Origin: an uncultured Myxococcales bacterium
GTDB lineage: Bacteria > Myxococcota_A > Polyangia > Palsa-1104 > JAEUJZ01
Direction: 5' to 3'
NCBI GenBank assembly: GCA_937879845.1
Contig: CALFML010000356.1
Coordinates: 1 to 63,764 of the forward strand
Length of the DNA stretch: 63,764 nucleotides
A model generated the notes under the pieces. It was given only the letters and a program-made list of their open reading frames with translations. It was not told the origin of the DNA and ran no database searches. Every line of letters starts with the position of its first letter. The stretch's first letter is position 1. Positions 60,930 through 63,764 of this stretch are shown here, in pieces. The translations under genes and the position numbers were made by a program.

Positions 60930-63515
60930 ATGACGACCTTGCGCAAAGGACCAAGTCCCCTCAGCCAGACCGACGAGGTCTGGAATCTTTTATACCGGTT
61001 CCTGCGTCACTGGCCGCTGGTGGTCGTGGTGAGCCTCATCGGCGTCGCCGGCGGCTACCTGTACGGCCAGCGCTACCGCCCGGTGTTCCACAGCGAGGCC
61101 CAGGTCCGCGTCGGCGATGAGCTCGATGCCCGCAGCGTGCCGGGGCAGCGCGAGGACTCGTCGGAGATGATGGATCTGCCCGACAACCTCGCCACCGCCT
61201 TCCGGGCGCGGGTGCTGGTCGACGCCAAGCTCAAGCCGATGGTGGCAGAGCTTATGCGCCGGCCGGCGCTGTCGCACCTCGCGGAGCTGGCCACCACCGA
61301 CGGTCAGGAAGAGCTCATCGATCACATAAAGCGGCTGGCCCAGGTCGATGCCGTGACCCGCCGCGTGTACCGCATAAGCTACGACGCCAAGGATCCCGAT
61401 CTGGCGCAGCAGGTGGTGCAGGGCATGGCGGAGATCGGCGTCGCCGACGTCATCGCCCAGCGCAACCAGTCGGCGGAGCGGGCGCGCATCTTCCTCACGA
61501 GCGAAACCGATCGCGCCCGCCAGCGCATGATCGACGCCGAGACCGAGGTGGTGCAGTTTGTCCAGAGCCACCCCAAGCTGCTCGTGACCATGTCGGGGGC
61601 GGACCGCAGCAAGCTCGGGCTGCAGGCGGCGGACAAGCTGCTGGTGAGCGCCCGCTCGCGCAAGTCGCCGCCGCCGCTCAAGGCGCTGGAGGCGAGCAGC
61701 TCGCCGCAGGTGCAGGCGCTGCTGGCCGAACGGGCGCAGCAGGAGGCCACCGTGGCGCAGGTCGAGGCGGCGCAGCGCTTCGATCCGCTGCAGCAGAAGC
61801 TCGGCGAGATCGACCGGCTGCAGCAGCAGCTCGCCGACCTCAAGACCCAGCACTACACCCCCGAGTACCCCGAATACCGCCGCATCGCCGGTGAGATGGA
61901 GCGGGTGCAGAAAGAGCTGCGCGAGGTGCGCGGGCGCCGCGATCCCAAGGTCGCCGAGGAAATGATGGCGATGGATGCGGCCAAGTCGAAGATCGCCGCG
62001 ATCGATAAGGAAGTGGCGAGCCTGCGCCGCCGCGCCCTCGGCGGCGGATCGGCGCTGGCCGCCGATGATCAGGTGCTGTCGGCGGAGGCGGTCTACGCCC
62101 GTCTTTACCGTGAGCTGGAGACCGCCCGCGCCGCCTATGAGAAGCTGCGTGAGCGCGAGCTGGACGCGCAGATCAACGAGCAGCTGGCCAAGGTCAAGGG
62201 CAACCCGGCCGCCCGCGTCGAGGATCCGGCGACCCGGCCCGGCGGGCCGCGCGGGGTCAGCCGCAAGATGATGATCGCGCTGTGCGTCGCCCTCGGGCTG
62301 CTGGCCGGGATCCTCGCCGGGGCGGGCCGGGCGCTGACCGATCCGCGCATCTATACGGTGTTCGATCTGTCGCGCAGCAGCCGGCTGCCGGTGCTCGGGC
62401 GGCTGCCGCCCAGCGATCAGGCGGCGGGCTGGACGGCGCTCGATCTGCCGGAGGTCGTGCTGCCGCCGCCGGAGAGTCCGCCGGCGGTGACGCGCGGCTA
62501 CGAAGGACGCATCGTCTGGCCGCGGCCGGTCTTGACCCTGCCGTCGTCCTCGTCCGTCGCCAAGCTGCCGGCGCAGGCTTCGGTGCTGTCGGCGATGAGC
62601 GCGGCGTCCTCCAGCGACTCGACGGCCAGCCGCAAGTCGCCGAGCCGCAAGTCGCCGCCGAGCCGCAAGACCCCGCCGAGCGGCGAGTACCTGATCGTCC
62701 CGCGCGAGCCGCCCTCGGGCGCGTCGTCTTCGCCGGCGCCGGTGAGCACGGCCCTTATTCCGAGCAACCAAGCCTCGCAGGAGTCGGCGATCGTCAAGTG
62801 GCGGGCCGCGGCGTCGCAGAAGAGCGGGGCGCTGCACCTGTCGGGGCTCGGCTATCAGGTCCGGCTGGGCGAGCTGCCCAAGCCGCCGCCGCCGCACCTC
62901 GTGCTGCTCAGCGCTCCCGACGGTGAACGGGCGGAGCAGTACCGCCTCCTGCGCCTGCGCCTGCAGGAGCAGGGCGACCCGCGGGTGATGGTGATCACCA
63001 GCAGCCGCCCCGGCGAAGGCAAGACCCTGTGCAGCGTCAACTTGGCGCTCGCCTACGCCGAGGGCGGGGGTCCCAAGGTCGTCCTGGTCGATACCCACAT
63101 GAACTCGGCGCAGCTGTCCGCCTTGCTAGGGGTGCCGGCGCCGGGCCGCGGCGCGGCCGATGAGGCGCTTGAGCACAACGACTTGCGCAGCGGCTCGCCG
63201 GAGGTCTGGCAGTACAGCCCGAACCTGTTCCTGGTGCCGGCCTCGGCGCTTGGCAACAAGGCCCAGCGCACGGCGATCCTGAGCTCGCCCGAGTTCGCCG
63301 GCCTGCTCGCCGATCTGCGCGAGGCCTTCGACTACGTGATCATCGACGTGCCGGCGATCAGCGAAGCCGCCGACGCCAAGCTCGTCCTGCGGCATGCCGA
63401 CGCCGGGATTTTACTTGTGCGGGCGCAAAAGACCACAAGCAGCGTCGTCAGCACCGCGCTCGACCGCATCGGCCGCAACACCGTGAGCGGCACCGTCCTC
63501 AACGTCTTTAACTGA
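60930..63515 (+). CDS. Polysaccharide co-polymerase (Wzz-like) fused to a BY-kinase-type P-loop ATPase (Wzc/GumC/EpsB-like)
   Basis: ATG 60930. TM1 WPLVVVVSLIGVAGGYLYG, long coiled coil, TM2 MMIALCVALGLLAGILAG. Walker A ITSSRPGEGKT and Walker B YVIIDVPA. A Pro/Ser-rich insert precedes the ATPase domain. Confidence 0.8.
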   Translation: MTTLRKGPSPLSQTDEVWNLLYRFLRHWPLVVVVSLIGVAGGYLYGQRYRPVFHSEAQVRVGDELDARSVPGQREDSSEMMDLPDNLATAFRARVLVDAKLKPMVAELMRRPALSHLAELATTDGQEELIDHIKRLAQVDAVTRRVYRISYDAKDPDLAQQVVQGMAEIGVADVIAQRNQSAERARIFLTSETDRARQRMIDAETEVVQFVQSHPKLLVTMSGADRSKLGLQAADKLLVSARSRKSPPPLKALEASSSPQVQALLAERAQQEATVAQVEAAQRFDPLQQKLGEIDRLQQQLADLKTQHYTPEYPEYRRIAGEMERVQKELREVRGRRDPKVAEEMMAMDAAKSKIAAIDKEVASLRRRALGGGSALAADDQVLSAEAVYARLYRELETARAAYEKLRERELDAQINEQLAKVKGNPAARVEDPATRPGGPRGVSRKMMIALCVALGLLAGILAGAGRALTDPRIYTVFDLSRSSRLPVLGRLPPSDQAAGWTALDLPEVVLPPPESPPAVTRGYEGRIVWPRPVLTLPSSSSVAKLPAQASVLSAMSAASSSDSTASRKSPSRKSPPSRKTPPSGEYLIVPREPPSGASSSPAPVSTALIPSNQASQESAIVKWRAAASQKSGALHLSGLGYQVRLGELPKPPPPHLVLLSAPDGERAEQYRLLRLRLQEQGDPRVMVITSSRPGEGKTLCSVNLALAYAEGGGPKVVLVDTHMNSAQLSALLGVPAPGRGAADEALEHNDLRSGSPEVWQYSPNLFLVPASALGNKAQRTAILSSPEFAGLLADLREAFDYVIIDVPAISEAADAKLVLRHADAGILLVRAQKTTSSVVSTALDRIGRNTVSGTVLNVFN

Positions 63516-63598
63516 GCGTACGTCAGCCTGGTCGGGTGCCGCGTGCTCGCGCTGGGGCGGGGGCCGCAGCCATGCTAACGTACATAACCGTGATGTCC

Positions 63599-63764
63599 AT
63601 GCGGAAGATGCTCTCTGGTCCCTGGCTCCCGCTATCGGGCCTGGCCTTATCGATGATGCTTGGTCCGGCTGCCGCGCAGACGCCGCCGCCGGCAGCGGCC
63701 GGCCCGCCGCCCGCCGCCAAGCCGCCCGCCGCCGCGGTCCCGGCTGCGCCTGCGGTCAAGCAGA
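63599..63764 (+). CDS. 5' fragment of a secreted protein (continues beyond the window)
   Basis: ATG 63599 (alternatives 63572 and 63593) is open to the window end. MRKMLSGPWLPLSGLALSMMLGPAAAQ is a signal peptide, followed by a Pro/Ala-rich stretch. Its position after the Wzc-like gene hints at a polysaccharide-export partner; that is speculation. Confidence 0.4.
   Translation, partial: MRKMLSGPWLPLSGLALSMMLGPAAAQTPPPAAAGPPPAAKPPAAAVPAAPAVKQ

Noticed and set aside
60667-60933. Small ORFs in the ribF/wzc divergent gap (88 aa and 61 aa) and in the 50781-51371 gap (83, 122 and 113 aa).
   Set aside because: They overlap one another, lack SD-plus-ATG contexts consistent with their track starts, and translate to low-complexity or repeat-derived peptides. 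I treat these regions as non-coding control DNA.
3713-63098. Many long ORFs antisense to, or out of frame with, the called genes. Examples: 3713-5527(+), 11579-13279(-), 15673-16887(-), 17370-19235(-), 24719-26227(-), 29880-30992(+), 30996-32528(+), 36031-37797(-), 39928-40965(-), 51654-53402(-), 53463-54635(-), 60990-63098(-).
   Set aside because: Their translations are Arg/Ala/Gly/Pro-rich low-complexity strings with no motifs. Each is fully shadowed by an opposite-strand or other-frame ORF with clear family signatures. This is the expected stop-codon-poor artefact of very high G+C DNA.

Overview
High-G+C chromosomal segment, almost certainly from a myxobacterium. Two secreted proteins end in MYXO-CTERM-type tails (G-C, hydrophobic stretch, RRR). 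The window also holds eukaryotic-like Ser/Thr kinases, sigma54 machinery, and FG-GAP and Cys-rich secreted proteins. I call about 44 CDS. I found no rRNA, tRNA, CRISPR array, transposase or integrase. All family calls come from motif recognition by eye, because no BLAST or HMM search could be run.

Gene content in order:
- RND pump 3' fragment with a (GH)n tail, then a C-N hydrolase.
- A minus-strand block of secreted proteins plus a CheY-like receiver.
- A secreted HEAT-repeat protein.
- A minus-strand operon: imelysin-like lipoprotein, porin-like OMP, di-haem cytochrome c peroxidase, FMN-bind protein.
- UvrD/PcrA helicase, a DUF2062-methyltransferase fusion, and a MYXO-CTERM metallophosphoesterase.
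- An FHA-Ser/Thr kinase, an atypical insert-rich kinase, and a vWA lipoprotein.
- A heavy-metal RND efflux operon in the order A-C-B.
- An M4 (thermolysin-like) protease.
- A four-gene sensory cassette around a sigma54 activator, followed by SPFH and SH3b-like genes.
- A His-motif membrane protein with a putative metal-binding partner, then a DoxX-like protein.
- A minus-strand operon: FG-GAP/MYXO-CTERM protein, small OMP, Cys-rich lipoprotein, LIP-family lipase.
- A PAS-GAF-PAS hybrid histidine kinase and a DUF418 protein.
- A minus-strand ribF-DUF4912-GH57-hypothetical operon.
- A Wzc-like polysaccharide co-polymerase/ATPase.

Most interesting observations:
1. The tightly coupled cassette at 33.07-38.76 kb. 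It comprises an H-box mini-protein, a sigma54 activator with a Cys-cluster and insert-bearing receiver, a periplasmic-TPR GHKL kinase, and a second insert-bearing receiver. A good -24/-12 promoter and an upstream palindrome sit in front of the adjacent SPFH gene.
2. Three further strong sigma54-type promoters, in front of the M4 protease, the FG-GAP operon, and a secreted-protein/receiver pair.
3. A lower-G+C gene pair: a kinase with a Zn-ribbon insert and a beta-rich insert, plus a vWA lipoprotein. It lies beside an FHA-kinase that carries a death-like helical module.
4. An FMN-bind protein with a flavinylation-type SGAT motif in an imelysin/peroxidase/OMP operon.
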